Positions 10,449 to 22,028 of a stretch of DNA of 64,000 nt are shown here, piece after piece. The notes beneath the pieces are model-generated. The model made no database searches and was not told the DNA's origin. It saw only the letters and a program-made list of their open reading frames with translations. The translations under genes were made by a program, and so were the position numbers. Each line of letters begins with the position of its first letter. The first letter of the stretch is position 1. This stretch comes from an uncultured Chloroflexia bacterium. GTDB taxonomy: Bacteria > Chloroflexota > Limnocylindria > Limnocylindrales > CSP1-4. The stretch lies in contig CAVQIH010000012.1 in the NCBI GenBank assembly GCA_963712585.1, forward strand, positions 36,692 to 100,691, in the 5' to 3' direction.

Positions 10449-11471
10449 CTATCGCCGATCACCTCCCCGTGCTGCCGAGCGCCGTCCCAGGGACATCCGA
10501 CCAGTCCCGGCCATCTCTCCGGCCCCGTCCAGGACGGCGCGGGCGTTGCCCTCGTCGACGATCAGGACGTCGATGACGCCCGCTCGCAGGACTCCCAGGA
10601 TCGCCTGTGGCTTCTCTGTCTCGCTGACGACCGCGACGACGGTCTCGATGCGGCGAAGGTCCTCGATGGAGAGGGCGATCAGCCGGCTGCTGTGGGGCGA
10701 AGCGATGAGGTTGCCCCGTGTATCCACGTAGTTGCCCAGCACGTCTCCGACGGCGCCCTGGTCGCGGAGCCAGGCGATCTCCTCGGGGGAGAGACAGCCG
10801 CTGCGCACCATGGTGCAGGCATCGTCGGTACCCCCGATGCCCACCAGCGCCACGCTGGCTTGAGCCGCCAGGCGGAGCGTGTGGGCGACGGCCTCCTGCT
10901 CGAGGAGTCGGTCGCGCATCTCGGCGCTCTCGACGTAGGCGGGCGCGTACAGGGGTTCGGCTCGTCCCCCGCACCTCTCGGCCAGCGCCTGGCAGATCTC
11001 ATTGGGGTTGGTCGGCGTGTCCACGCGGGGTGAGCCACCCATGGCGCTGGCAAACGTGCAGTCGAGCCTGTGCCCGGGTCGGAAGAAGCGAGGGACCTCG
11101 CCAGTGTCACGCCCATGGCTGACTGCCACCACGGTTCCATCGCGAAGCCGCCGCTCGAGGTACTGGGCGGCGCCCCGCGCGACCGCCTCGCGCTGCGACT
11201 GAGGATCGGTTCGGGGTTGGCTGACGATGGCGTCAGAGAGCCGGAAGACTTCGCGGAGCTGCTCTTCCAGGTCGAGGTGGAGCCAGGGCGGGGCCTCGAT
11301 GTGGATGCTCACGACCCCCGACCACCGCGCCCGCTCAAGGAGCCGCTGCACCTTCGGACGGGACAGGCCGAACTCGCGCGCGGTCTCCTGCTGTGTCCGG
11401 CCGTCCATGTAGTACCGGTGGGCGATGCGGGCGAGGAGCTCGTAGTCGTCCAAGCCGAAGTCTTCGGGCAA
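10449..11471 (-). CDS. SorC/DeoR-family sugar-binding transcriptional regulator
   Basis: N-terminal HTH (LARIAHRYYMDGRTQQETAREFGLSRPKVQRLLERAR) followed by a SorC sugar-binding domain. Lies upstream of the fba-HAD-dhaLK cluster. Confidence 0.8.
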   Translation of the reverse strand: MPEDFGLDDYELLARIAHRYYMDGRTQQETAREFGLSRPKVQRLLERARWSGVVSIHIEAPPWLHLDLEEQLREVFRLSDAIVSQPRTDPQSQREAVARGAAQYLERRLRDGTVVAVSHGRDTGEVPRFFRPGHRLDCTFASAMGGSPRVDTPTNPNEICQALAERCGGRAEPLYAPAYVESAEMRDRLLEQEAVAHTLRLAAQASVALVGIGGTDDACTMVRSGCLSPEEIAWLRDQGAVGDVLGNYVDTRGNLIASPHSSRLIALSIEDLRRIETVVAVVSETEKPQAILGVLRAGVIDVLIVDEGNARAVLDGAGEMAGTGRMSLGRRSAARGGDRR

Positions 11472-11599
11472 TGGAACACCTTCGGCGCGTGATCAGATGC
11501 TCACTCGTGGACAGATACGCAGTCTATGCCCAACGCGGAGGCCATACAAGGGCTCGCTGCTGCGATCGTCGGAAACGGGTCGACCGGATGCGGACGACT

Positions 11600-11696
11600 T
11601 GGCGGGAGCGCATGGGAGTCGAACCCACCGCGTCACGTCGAGCGTGGCGCCACCGGTTTTGAAGACCGGGGGACCCACCGGGACCCCTCCGCTCCC
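11600..11696 (-). tRNA. selC: tRNA-Sec (selC), anticodon UCA
   Basis: Reverse complement reads GGGAGCGGAGGGGTCCCGGTGGGTCCCCCGGTCTTCAAAACCGGTGGCGCCACGCTCGACGTGACGCGGTGGGTTCGACTCCCATGCGCTCCCGCCA. It is 97 nt with an 8-bp acceptor stem, a CU-UCA-AA anticodon loop, a long variable arm, and a T-loop GGTTCGACTCC. CCA is encoded. Confidence 0.85.
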
Positions 11697-11777
11697 GCAT
11701 CGGATGGTAGCGCGGGCGTGCCCAGCCCCGGTTGGCCGCCGGGTCCCCGCCGCCCGCCGCCCCCTTATCATCGGCCC

Positions 11778-12903
11778 ATGTCCAGGCAGACCATGTCTGA
11801 GCACCCCGAGCCAACACGGCCCGAACCGCCCCAGGCCGGCCGGCCCCAGCGTGCCGTGGCACAAGCATCCCCGCTCCGCCTGACCGAGCTCACGGATTGC
11901 GGGGGCTGCGCGGCCAAGCTCGGGGCCGACCTGCTCGCCGACGCCCTGGCCGACCTGGGGGCCCAGCGTGCACCCGCGGAGCTCATCGTCGGCCTCACCC
12001 CTCCCGACGATGCCGCGGCATACCTCGTGGCCCCCGATCTGGCGATCATCGGGACGCTCGACTTCTTTCCCCCGCTCGTCGACGATCCTCGAATGTACGG
12101 CGAGATCGCCGCGGCAAACGCGTTGAGCGATGTCTTTGCGATGGGCGGCCGAGTCCTGTTTGCCCTCTCGATCGCGGCCTTCCCCGAGGAGCTGCCGCGG
12201 GAGGCGATGGCGGCGATCTTCGACGGCGCTGCGGCCAAGGTTCGCGAGGCGGGCGGAGCGCTCGCCGGCGGCCACACGATCCGGGATCCGGAGCCGAAGT
12301 TCGGGCTCGCCGTCGTCGGCGCGGCTCACCCCGATCGCCTCCTGCGCAAGGGCGGGGCTCAACCGGGCGACGCCCTTGTCCTGACCAAGCCGCTCGGCAC
12401 GGGGCTCCTCGTCAGCGGCAGCCGCCAGGGCATGACGGAACCGCGACCACCTCGCCCGGGCGATCGATTCGATGTGCCGGCTGAATCGGCCGGCAGCCGA
12501 GACACTCGTCGCCGCAGGCGTGCGCGCGGCGACCGACGTCACCGGCTTCGGCCTGCTGGGGCACGGGCTCGAGATGGCCCGGGCGTCCGGCACCCGGTTC
12601 GTCTTCGAGGCCGCGACCCTGCCGGCGCTCGAAGGAGCGCGGACACTGGCGGCTGCCGGCGTGGAGACCGGCGGGGCGGCCCACAACCGGCGCTACGTGG
12701 CGCCGGCGCTCAGCGTCGGGCCGGAGGTTCAGCCCCCACTGGTGACGCTCGCCCACGACCCGCAGACCTCGGGAGGACTGCTCGCGGCCATCCGGCCCGC
12801 CAGCCTGGCTCGAACCCGGGCCGCCCTGCTAGCCGCCGGCGTGGAGCACTGGGTGATCGGCCGCGTGGAAGCCTCAGCCGAGCCGGCGGTCGCCCTGACC
12901 TGA
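11778..12903 (+). CDS. selD: selenide, water dikinase (selenophosphate synthetase) SelD, Cys-type; one apparent frameshift near 12430
   Basis: N-terminus has LTELTDCGGCAAKLG (the Cys/Sec motif, Cys here). PurM-like body with ...GGHTIRDPEPKFGLAVVG...; the C-terminal 143 aa continue in the neighbouring frame. Confidence 0.8.
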
Positions 12904-12960
12904 CGCCGACCGTCGGCGCCCGGCGCCGATCCCGCGGGGACCGGCCCTGCAGGCACCGGG

Positions 12961-13827
12961 CTACAGCTCGGCGGTGCGCTCGGTCGGGCCCGTCTGCCAG
13001 CGCCAGGTCATGGCCGCCCGAAGCGACGACCCTGGCTCCAACCGAGCCAAGCCCGTCCCCGGGACGCCACGGTCGGCGAGAGCCGGAGCGTTCGGCCAGG
13101 CGGTCTGGGGCTCGACGCAGAACGACTCCGGGCGAGTGTGAACGACGATCGTGCGCAGCGGTCCGTCGGACGCGATCTCGAGCTCGCGATCGGCCCATCG
13201 GATGACGGCCGGCGACGCGACATCGGGATAGACGTGGTCGAGGGCCCGGCCATCGACCGCTGGACCGGCGCGCAGGTCGGTGATCGCGTCCACAGGGTGG
13301 CGCCGGCCTGTCGGGATGAGATCGCGCGTTTCGAGCACCTCGTCGCCTGCCACCCGAACACGCGCCCCGCCGCCCATCCTGAACCAGGGGTGCCAGCCGA
13401 ACGAGGCCGGCATCGAGCGCTCGGCTACCACCTCGGCCTCGGCGACGAGCCCGTCGGGCGATAGCCGGACGCGCTGGCGGACGAGTCCGCCGAACGGCCA
13501 ATCCCCGCCCTCGAGCCGGCAGCTCAGAACAGCCTCCGACGGCGTCACCCGCTCGACGGACCACGGCCGACCGTACACCACCCCGTGGATGGCGTTGGGT
13601 CCGTCGTTCGGCTGGAGCCTGTGGCGGACACCATCCCAGTCGAGAACGGCGCCCGCGATCCTGCCCGCCCAGGGAGCCATGAGGAAACAGCCCCAGGAGA
13701 AGGACCGATCGGTCGGGTCCGGCGGACCGACCAGCAGCTCCCCGGCATCGACCGTCAGCGAGCACCAGCGGCCGCCCCGATCCGGGTCGATCGCGAGTGC
13801 GGTGCCACCGGCGTGGAGCTCAATCAT
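12961..13827 (-). CDS. aldose 1-epimerase family protein (mutarotase-like)
   Basis: 288-aa beta-sandwich epimerase-like sequence with conserved HGVVYGRPW and FGWHPWF. Confidence 0.65.
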   Translation of the reverse strand: MIELHAGGTALAIDPDRGGRWCSLTVDAGELLVGPPDPTDRSFSWGCFLMAPWAGRIAGAVLDWDGVRHRLQPNDGPNAIHGVVYGRPWSVERVTPSEAVLSCRLEGGDWPFGGLVRQRVRLSPDGLVAEAEVVAERSMPASFGWHPWFRMGGGARVRVAGDEVLETRDLIPTGRRHPVDAITDLRAGPAVDGRALDHVYPDVASPAVIRWADRELEIASDGPLRTIVVHTRPESFCVEPQTAWPNAPALADRGVPGTGLARLEPGSSLRAAMTWRWQTGPTERTAEL

Positions 13828-13945
13828 GCGCCCAACCCCGGGTGCCCGGCGCGTCGCCTGCCGTCAGGCAGAGCGGACGGAGGCGCCCGATGACCGTGGA
13901 CCACGGGCAACCCAGGGGCGAGTCCAGACTGCACGCCCATGTCGA

Positions 13946-15008
13946 CTAAGTGGGAATCACGGGACGGCTGCTCTCGCGGACGATGAGCTCGGGCTGGAGC
14001 AGGGTTGGCTGGGAGGTGAACGCGTCTGGGGCCCGCCGCGACTGTCTCGCCTTCTTGATCGATTGATCGATCTCCCGGACCGCCAGGGCGCCAACATCCC
14101 CAAGCGGCTGGTGGACGGTCGTCAGGGGCGGCCAGAAATGGGACGACTCGGCGATGTTGTCGACGCCCACCACCGACAAGTCTTCGGGCACCCGGCGACC
14201 GAGCCGGTGGGCCCCGTGGAGGACCCCGAGCGCCATCTGGTCGTTGCTCGCGAAGACCGCGTCGATGCCGGGCCGCTCCTCCAGAAGCCGGTACAGGCCC
14301 TGCTCACCGCTCTCCGCGCTCCAGTCGCCCTCCACGACCAAATCGTCCGATGCGACGACCCCACGCTCCTCGAGCGCCTCGCGCCACCCTCGCCGGCGCT
14401 GCTGGGCCTCCCACCAGCTGAGCGGGCCGGTGATGATCGCGACCTGGCGGGCCCCGCCCGCGAGGAGGTGCTCGGTGGCCACGCGGCCGATCGCGTGGTT
14501 GTCGATGCCGATCGACGGACAGGCTTGCTCGTCCGGCCGGGCTCGCCGACCAGGATCACCGGCACGGGCAGGTCCGGGCTCCTCGTGTGGACCAGTTGCG
14601 GTTGTCGCCGACCTCGGGGATCGCCCAGATGATGCCGTCGACCTGGCGGGCGACGAGACTGTTGAGCAGCTGTTCGACGTCGTCCGTCTCGGGCTCGTGG
14701 ATGAGGTTGAGGGAGATCGCGTAGCCCATGCTCGGCCGCCTGCTGCTCGATGCCGGTCAGCACGCGCGACGGTCCGAAGTACTCGAGGCCGTAGGCGACG
14801 ACGCCGAGGATGTGACTGCGGCCCTGGGTGAGGCTGCGGGCGAGCATGTTGGGTGCGTAGCCCGTGTCCGTCGATGACCCGCTGGACGCGCTCGAACGTC
14901 TCGGCGGCGACATCGGGCCGGTTGTTCAGGACGCGGGACACCGTCTGCGTCGAGACGCCCGGCGGCCTCCGCCACTTCCTTGATCGTCAGGCGCCGTCGT
15001 AGGGCCAT
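13946..15008 (-). pseudogene. LacI-family transcriptional regulator, several apparent frameshifts
   Basis: N-terminal [43 protein letters not shown]... and a C-terminal periplasmic-binding-like domain ...[29 protein letters not shown]...[13 protein letters not shown].., split over three frames. Confidence 0.7.
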
Positions 15009-15596
15009 CAATACGTGCTCCGATGCTAGCCGGCATCGGTCGGTCGCCGCAATCGACCATCTTGACGGCGGCTGGGCGACGATGCTAGGTTGTTACCGTT
15101 CCCGTTAGCGCTAACGGGAACGGTAACAGGCGCTGCAGCGGCAATCAGGAGTCTCGGTCGAGTCCACGTCCTTCGGGAAGTCGTCGACGCCCGGCCCACG
15201 GCGCTCCCCGTGGCGCGCCAGACCAGCAAGGCCCTCGGGAGGCGTCGAGCCACTCGGCCGGATGGGTTGCAGCGATGCGTTCGCGGAGCGCCGACGCCGG
15301 ATGGAGAGGTCGGCGTCGAACGAGTCGAAGAACCCTGTTCGAGCTCGGGTCGGGGCGTGATCGAGGGACGAATGAGCTCGACTGCATCGGCAATTCCCAG
15401 CGGGTCGCCGAGTGCCTGGCCCGGCGCGGTGATCTTGGAGGAGGTGCCGATGGTGTCAGGGACGGCCTGAACCGCGATCGACGGCAGGCGCCGGCGTGCG
15501 GACTCGAGCCGCTCCGCATCGGCCGGACGCTGAGCCCCTGACCACGGCGCGCTCCAGCGAACTTCGAACCACACCATCGGAGACGGAGACCAGACA

Positions 15597-16662
15597 ATGA
15601 CGAAGTCTGCGATCACTCCCCAGGATCGCGATGGCAGTTCGGTGATGCGCCGTCCTGGTGGCCGCCTGCTCGCTCGGGCAGCCTCGACCGCCGCCAGCGC
15701 GGCGGCGCCGACGCGCGGCCCCGTCCGTCGCAGCGCCGCGGCGCCCACCGCGGCCGCAGCCGCGAAGACCTACAAGGACCTGACGGTCGGCTTCATCCAG
15801 ACCGGCTCCGAGGGCGGCTGGCGCGCCGCCAACACCGCGTCCTTCAAGGAGACGCGCGAGCAAGCTGGGCATCAACCTCAAGTTCTACGACGCCCAGAAC
15901 AAGCTGGAGAACCAGCTCACGGCGTTCCACCAGTTCATCGCCGGACGACGTCGGTCAACGTCATCATCCTCGCCGCGCTCGAGGCGACCGGCTGGGACGA
16001 CGTCCTCAAGGAGGCCAAGGCCGCCGGCAAGATCGTCGTCCTCGAGGACCGCCGCATCGACGCCGCCCGAGGACCTGTACGCCACGTACATCGGCTCCGA
16101 CTTCACCCTCGAAGGGCCGCAAGGCCGCCGTCGAGATGTGCAAGCTGCTCGAAGGCAGCGCCAAGAAGAACGTCGTCGAGCTCGTCGGCAACGTCGGCTC
16201 GTCGGCGGCCATCGACCGCGGCAAGGGCTTCCGCGAGAAGATGGGCGACTGCGGCATCACCATCACCGAGACCCAGACCGGCGAACTGGGGCGTCCACCG
16301 AGGGCAAGGCCGTCATGGAGGCCTTCCTCAAGAAGAGCAAGGACATCCAGGGCGTGTTCGCCCAGAACGACGAGATGGGCCTCGGCGCCGTCCAGGCGAT
16401 CAAGGAAGCCGGCCTCAAGCCCGGCAAGGACATCAAGATCATCACCGTCGACGCCACCAAGGGCGCGCTTCAAGGCGATGATCGCCGGCGAGCATCAACA
16501 CCGTCGTCGAGTGCAACCCGCTGCTCGCCCCGCAGGTCTACGAGGCCGCCCTCAAGGCCGTCAACGGCGAAGACGCTGCCCGAAGTGGGTCCCGTCGCAG
16601 GAGGGCGAGTTCTTCGCGCCAGGCGACGCCGCGCAGAGATCCTGCCGACCCGCAAGTACTAG
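15597..16662 (+). pseudogene. sugar ABC transporter periplasmic substrate-binding protein (ribose/galactofuranose family), at least 6 apparent frameshifts
   Basis: Fragments read [30 protein letters not shown]..; [35 protein letters not shown]; [25 protein letters not shown]..; [36 protein letters not shown]. Confidence 0.65.
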
Positions 16663-16764
16663 AGCCGGCAGTGCAGGCCTGACCGCGTCGAGGAGCGATC
16701 GCGGCGCGGAGCCGCCCGCTCGCCTCCTCGTCCACCGCACGTCCAGGCATCGCAGGGTAGCGCC

Positions 16765-18304
16765 GTGTCAGACACCGGCACGCCTCCTCGTCCATGCACG
16801 GCATCGACAAGGCCTTCCCGGGCGTCCAGGCCCTCGCAGGGCGTCGACTTCGCGCTCTGGCCGCGGCGAGATCCACGCCCTCGTCGGCGAGAACGGCGCC
16901 GGCAAGTCGACGCTGATCAAGGTCCTGACCGGCGTCGAGCGGCCCGACGCCGGCACCATCACCTTCGACGGCCAGGACGGTCGCACGTCCGCTCGCCGCA
17001 GCACGCCCAGACGCTGGGCATCAGCACGGTCTACCAGGAGGTCAACCTCTGCCCCAACCTGCCGGTGGCCGAGAACATCCTGATCGGCCGCGAGCCGCGG
17101 CGCTGGGGCCGGATCGACTGGCGCGCGATGAACCGCCGGGCCCGCGAGATCCTCCGCGGCCTCGACATCGACGATCGACGTCACCCAGCCGCTCGGGCTC
17201 CTACTCGGTCGCGATCCAGCAGATGGCGGCCATCGCCCGGGCGCTCGAGATCTCGTCGGCCAAGGTCCTCATCCTCGACGAGCCGACCTCGAGCCTCGAC
17301 GCCCACGAGACCGAGCAGCTCTTCGGCGTGATGCGCAAGCTGCGCGGCGAGGGCATCGCGATCGTCTTCATCACCCACTTCCTCGACCAGGTCTACGAGG
17401 TCGCCGACCGGATCACGGTCCTGCGCAACGGGCGCGCTGGTCGGGACCTACGCGACGGCCGCGCCTGCCGCGCTTCGAGCTGATCACGCAAGATGCTCGG
17501 GCGGAGCCTGACCGAGCTCGACGACATCGGCCGGCACAAGATGGAGAGCGAGCCAGCGCATCGGCGCCGGCGAGCCGCTGCTCGAGGCCGACGGGCTCGG
17601 CCGGCCGGGCTCGATCGAGCCGTTCGACCTCGAGCTCCACGCCGGCGAGGTCGTCGGCCTGGCCGGCCTGCTCGGCTCGGGCCGGACCGAGATCGCCAGC
17701 CTGCTCTTCGGCATCGACCAGCCCGACCGACGGCACGCTCGACGATCGACGGCAAGCCGGTCGACGACTTCTCGCCGCTCGGCTCGATCGAGCGCGGCGT
17801 CGCGCTCTGCCCGGAGGACCGCAAGGCCGAGGGGATCGTCGCCGACCTGACCGTGCGCGAGAACATCGTCCTGGCCATCCAGGCCGGCCGCGGCTGGCTC
17901 CGCTACCTGAGCCCGGCCGAGCAGTACGAGATCGCCGACGAGTACATCAAGCTGCTCAACATCGCGACGCCCGTCGGCCGACCAGCCGGTCAAGAACCTG
18001 AGCGGCGGCAACCAGCAGAAGGTGATCCTCGCCCGCTGGCTGGCGACGAACCCGCAGGCTGCTGATCCTCGACGAGCCGACCCGCGGCATCGACGTCGGC
18101 GCCAAGGCCGAGATCCAGCGGCTCGTGCTCGTCGCTGGCCGAGGAGGGCATGTCGTGCGTGTTCATCTCGTCCGAGCTCGACGAGGTGCTGCGCACGAGC
18201 CACCGGATCGTCGTCCTGCGCGACCGGGTCAAGGTCGACCGAGTTCGCCGGCGAGGTCGACGAGCAGCGCGATCATGCAGGCGATCGCCGGGGGCGGAGC
18301 ATGA
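16765..18304 (+). pseudogene. sugar ABC transporter ATP-binding protein (two-NBD type), multiple frameshifts
   Basis: Contains [23 protein letters not shown] (Walker A), LDEPTSSLD (Walker B), and a second NBD fragment ...[17 protein letters not shown]. The stop overlaps the ATG of the first permease. Confidence 0.65.
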
Positions 18305-19411
18305 GCACGCTCGGCGCCGTCGCTCAGCCGGCAGCCGGTTCACCGAGAGCCAGGCTCTTCTTCCCGCTCGTCGCCCTGGGGCTCATCCTGCTGTTCGACC
18401 TGATCTTCGTCCCCGGCTTCTTCACGCTCGAGGTGAAGGACGGCCACCTGTACGGCAGCCTCGTCGACATCCTGCGCAACAGCGTCCCGACCGTCATGCT
18501 GCTCGCGATCGGGCATGACGCTCGTGATCGCCACCGGCGGCGTCGACCTGTCGGTCGGCGCGGTCATGGCGATCTCGGCCTCGGTCGCCTGCGATCCTCA
18601 TCGACCCCGGATCGTCGGGGTCGACCTGCAGGCAACATCACGACCGTCGTCGGCGACCCGACCTTCAGCTTCGCGCCGCTGCCGGTCGTGATCCTCGTGC
18701 CGCTGTTCGTCGCGACCCTGTGCGGCGTCTGGAACGGGGTCCTGGTCGCCTACGGCGGGATCCAGCCGATGGTCGCGACGCTGATCCTGATGATCGCCGG
18801 CCGCGGCATCGCCCAGCTGATCACGAACGGCGATCAAGATCCAGCATCTTCTACGAGCCGTTCGCGTTCATCGGCAACGGCTGGATCGTCCTGCCGGTCT
18901 CGCTGTTCATCGTCGCCGTGCGTCTTCGTCGTCGCCTGGCTGCTGACCCGCCGGACGGCGCTCGGGCTGTTCATCGAGTCGGTCGGGATCAACGCCCGGT
19001 CGAGCTTCTACAGCGGCATCAACGAGAAGCGGATCAAGCTCTTCGCCTACACGTTCTGCGGCTTCTGCGCCGGCATCGCCGGGCTCGATCGCGGTCTCGA
19101 GCATCCGGACCTCGGACGCCAACAAGATCGGCCTGTACATCGAGCTCGACGCGATCCTCGCGGTCGTCATCGGCGGGACCGCTGCTCGGGGCCGGCGGCC
19201 GGTTCTCGCTGCTGGGCAGCATCGATCGGCGCGCTCGTCATCCAGGCCACGACCACCTCGATGTACGCCATCGGCGTCCCGGCCAGCGCGATCACTCGCG
19301 ATCAAGGCGCGTCGTCGTCATCATCGTGATCCTGCTGCTACTCGCGACCAGGCGCAGGACCTGCTGCGATCCGCCGGCTCGCGGCTCGCGCGACAGGAGG
19401 CCGGCGCATGA
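18301..19411 (+). pseudogene. sugar ABC transporter permease (RbsC/BPD-type), multiple frameshifts
   Basis: Hydrophobic fragments MTLVIATGGVDLSVGAVMAISASVA.., GIQPMVATLILMIAGRGIAQLITNG. The stop is inside ATGATG, overlapping the next start. Confidence 0.6.
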
Positions 19412-20450
19412 TGCAGACGCTGCGCGCGTCCGGCTCGTCGAACAACCGGCGGTTCCTGCCGCTCGCGGCGACCGATCGCCCTGTTCGCCGTCGCCTACGT
19501 CCTCGGCGCGCTCGTCGTTCGCCGGGCATGCGCGACCGGCAGGTCGTTCTTCAACCTGTTCCTCACGACGCCGTTCCTGCTGATCAGCGTCGTCGGCGAG
19601 ACGTTCGTCATCCTCTCGGGCGGCATCGACCTGTCGGTGAGCGGCGTCGTCGCGCTGACGACCGTCGCCTCCGCCGCCCTGCTCGCGAGGCGGGCTGGGA
19701 CCCGTGGCTCGTGATGCCGCTCATGCTGCTGATGGGCATGGCCATCGGCGCGTCGATGGGCTTCTTCATCACCTACCTGAAGGTGCAGCCGTTCATCGCC
19801 ACCCTGGCCGGCATGTGGTTCGCCCGGGGCCTGTGCTTCTTCATCAGCGACGACGAGATCCGCGATCACGACCCGCCTGTACGACGTCCTGGCCGGGACC
19901 CGAGATCCTGATCCCGGGCCTGGCCGATCCGGTCGACCAAGAAGGGCGACTACATCTCGATCCTCGTCGTCGTCGCGCTGGTCGTCCTCGCGGTGGCGCA
20001 TGTTCGTCGCCCACTACACGCGGCTTCGGCCGGACGGTCTACGCGATGGGCGGGAACAACGGCGCGAACGAGCAGTCGGCGCGGCTGATGGGCCTGCCGG
20101 TCAACCGGACCAAGATGCTGGTCTACACGCTCAACGGGTTCTGCTCGGCGCTGGCCGGCATCGCCTACAGCATCTACGTCGGCTCCGGCCACGGCACCGC
20201 ACGCGACGGGCTTCGAGCTGACGGTCATCGCGCGCGGTCGTCATCGGCGGCACGGCGCTGACCGGCGGCGAGGGCTACCTCCTCGGCACCCTGTTCGGCG
20301 TGCTCATCACGGCGCTCATCCAGACCCTCATCCAGTTCAACGGGCAGCTCAGCTCGTGGTGGACGCAGCATCGTCATCGGCGGCGCTGATGCTCGTCTTC
20401 ATCGGCGTCCAGAGCCTGCTGGCGGCGCGGAACACGCGGCAGCTGCGCGG
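19408..20450 (+). pseudogene. sugar ABC transporter permease (second), multiple frameshifts; 3' end uncertain
   Basis: RBS aggagg, then ATGATG. Fragments LSGGIDLSVSGVVALTTVASAA.., MPLMLLMGMAIGASMGFFITYLKVQPFIATLAGMWFARGLCFFIS, ...SSWWTQ.IVIGGALMLVFIGVQSLLAA. Confidence 0.55.
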
Positions 20451-20639
20451 GATCGAGGCTCGGCGGCGTCGGGACGAGACCTGGCCGGCGCCAGGCGCCT
20501 GCGGCGGTGGCGCGATCGGCGGGTCTGCGATCGGGGCGGCCGCCGTCGTCGTCGCGGTCGTGCGGGCGTCCAGCTCCTCGGTGCCTTCGCGGGGCGGGTC
20601 GCGGGACGGCGCGGTGCCGGCGGATCGACGGCCGGCGCC

Positions 20640-21061
20640 GGCTGCGAGCTCAAGCCGTTCCGCCAGGATCAGGCCGCCGGCCTCGTGCAGGGCGGGTGCG
20701 GTGATCGCCTACGAGCGCAACGGCGGCGCCGCCTGCGTCGACGAGCTGTACGCGATCTACCCGGACGGGCGGATCACCGGGGACAACGGCAGGCCAGACA
20801 GGTCGAGAGGCCAGATCGCGCCGGCCGACGTCGCGGCGCTGCTCGTCCGACATCAGCGCCCTCGGCTGGTTCACCGACAACATGTACTCGACCTCGCACA
20901 CCCCGTGCGGCCAGTGCTTCACGTACTTCACGGCGGTGTCGCACAACGGGCAGGCCAAGACGGTGCAGGCGGTCGACGGCGGCACGGACGCTCCGGCCAA
21001 CTACTGGCTCGTGACCGGCAAGCTGTCGGCGATCCTGCCCAAGTTCACCGCGGCGCCGTGA
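20640..21061 (+). pseudogene. hypothetical protein (apparent frameshift near 20850)
   Basis: Protein-like composite ...AGAVIAYERNGGAACVDELYAIYPDGRITGDNG...DISALGWFTDNMYSTSHTPCGQCFTYFTAVSHNGQAKTVQAVDGGTDAPANYWLVTGKLSAILPKFTAAP. No family recognised. Confidence 0.3.
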
Positions 21062-21239
21062 TGACCGAGGACGAGCGAGGCGATGAACGCGCGGACGGCC
21101 CTCGTTCCCGCTCGTCGCGTGCGCGCTGCTCGTCGGCGCGCTGCGGCTACATCGTGACGCCGGCAGGACGACAGCTCGCCGACGCCGGCGGCTGACCGGC
21201 GGCTGGACGCGCGGTCGCCACGAAGGTCGAGGCAGCCGC

Positions 21240-22020
21240 CGAGCGGCGACCTGCACGTCGACGTCACCATCCGCAACGACACCGGCGACTGGAGCGCGAT
21301 GCAGGCGACGCCGGCGCGGCCGGCCGTCCTCACCACGAGCGACGGCAAGACGACGGACTGCGGCACGGTCTTCGTCGGCACGGGCGGCACGAGCCTCGCG
21401 CCCGGGCTTCCAGATGCGCGGCTACACGGGCGGCACGAAGGCGAAGCCGAGACCCAGCTCCTCTACGTCGAGTGCGCAGGGCGCCGCGGCTGCTGCCGGA
21501 TCGAAGCCTCTCGATCAGCTACAGCTACGTCACGGGCGAGTTCAACTACTACTCGCCGTCGACTCCAACGAGCGCCAAGCTCGACCTCGATCTCGACAAG
21601 GTCGCCACGGACCTGACGTATCCGGTCGCCACGCCGGTCGACGGCCTGATCGAGAAGCCGGGCGACCAAGATCGACGCCATCAACAACTGCCCGCTCACC
21701 CTCACGGGGGTCGACGCGCACCGCCGACGGCCTGGAATTCCGCTGGCACACGGAGAACCCGACCGCGTACCCGACCTACGTCCACATCGGGATCCCGCCG
21801 GTCATCGGCTCCGACGGCATCATCTACGGCCTCTACGAGAGCCCCCATCTCGCGGACACGCCGATCACGCCGGCCGGGCAATCGGCGGACTGGACGACCG
21901 AGGTCGCGGTCCCCAAGGACGTCACCGGCCTGTACATCCTGCGTGAGCGTCGAGTCAAAGCAGCAGAAGAACTTCGTCAGCCATGCCATCGACATCACCG
22001 ACCACGTAGCCTCGGGGAGT
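21240..22020 (+). pseudogene. hypothetical protein, frameshifted
   Basis: Composite ...TIRNDTGDWSAMQATPARPAVLTTSDGKTTDCGTVFVGTGGTSLAPG../..SISYSYVTGEFNYYSPSTPTSAKLDLDLDKVATDLTYPVATPVDGLIEKPG../..LEFRWHTENPTAYPTYVHIGIPPVIGSDGIIYGLYESPHLADTPITPAGQSADWTTEVAVPKDVTGLYILRER. No family recognised. Confidence 0.3.
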
Positions 22021-22028
22021 GAAGCACG

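Noticed and set aside
11526-13205. 559-aa plus-strand ORF and the 397-aa antisense ORF 11493-12686
   Set aside because: The long plus ORF is selD read through its frameshift into a nonsense Arg-rich tail. The minus ORF is antisense junk covering the tRNA-Sec gene.
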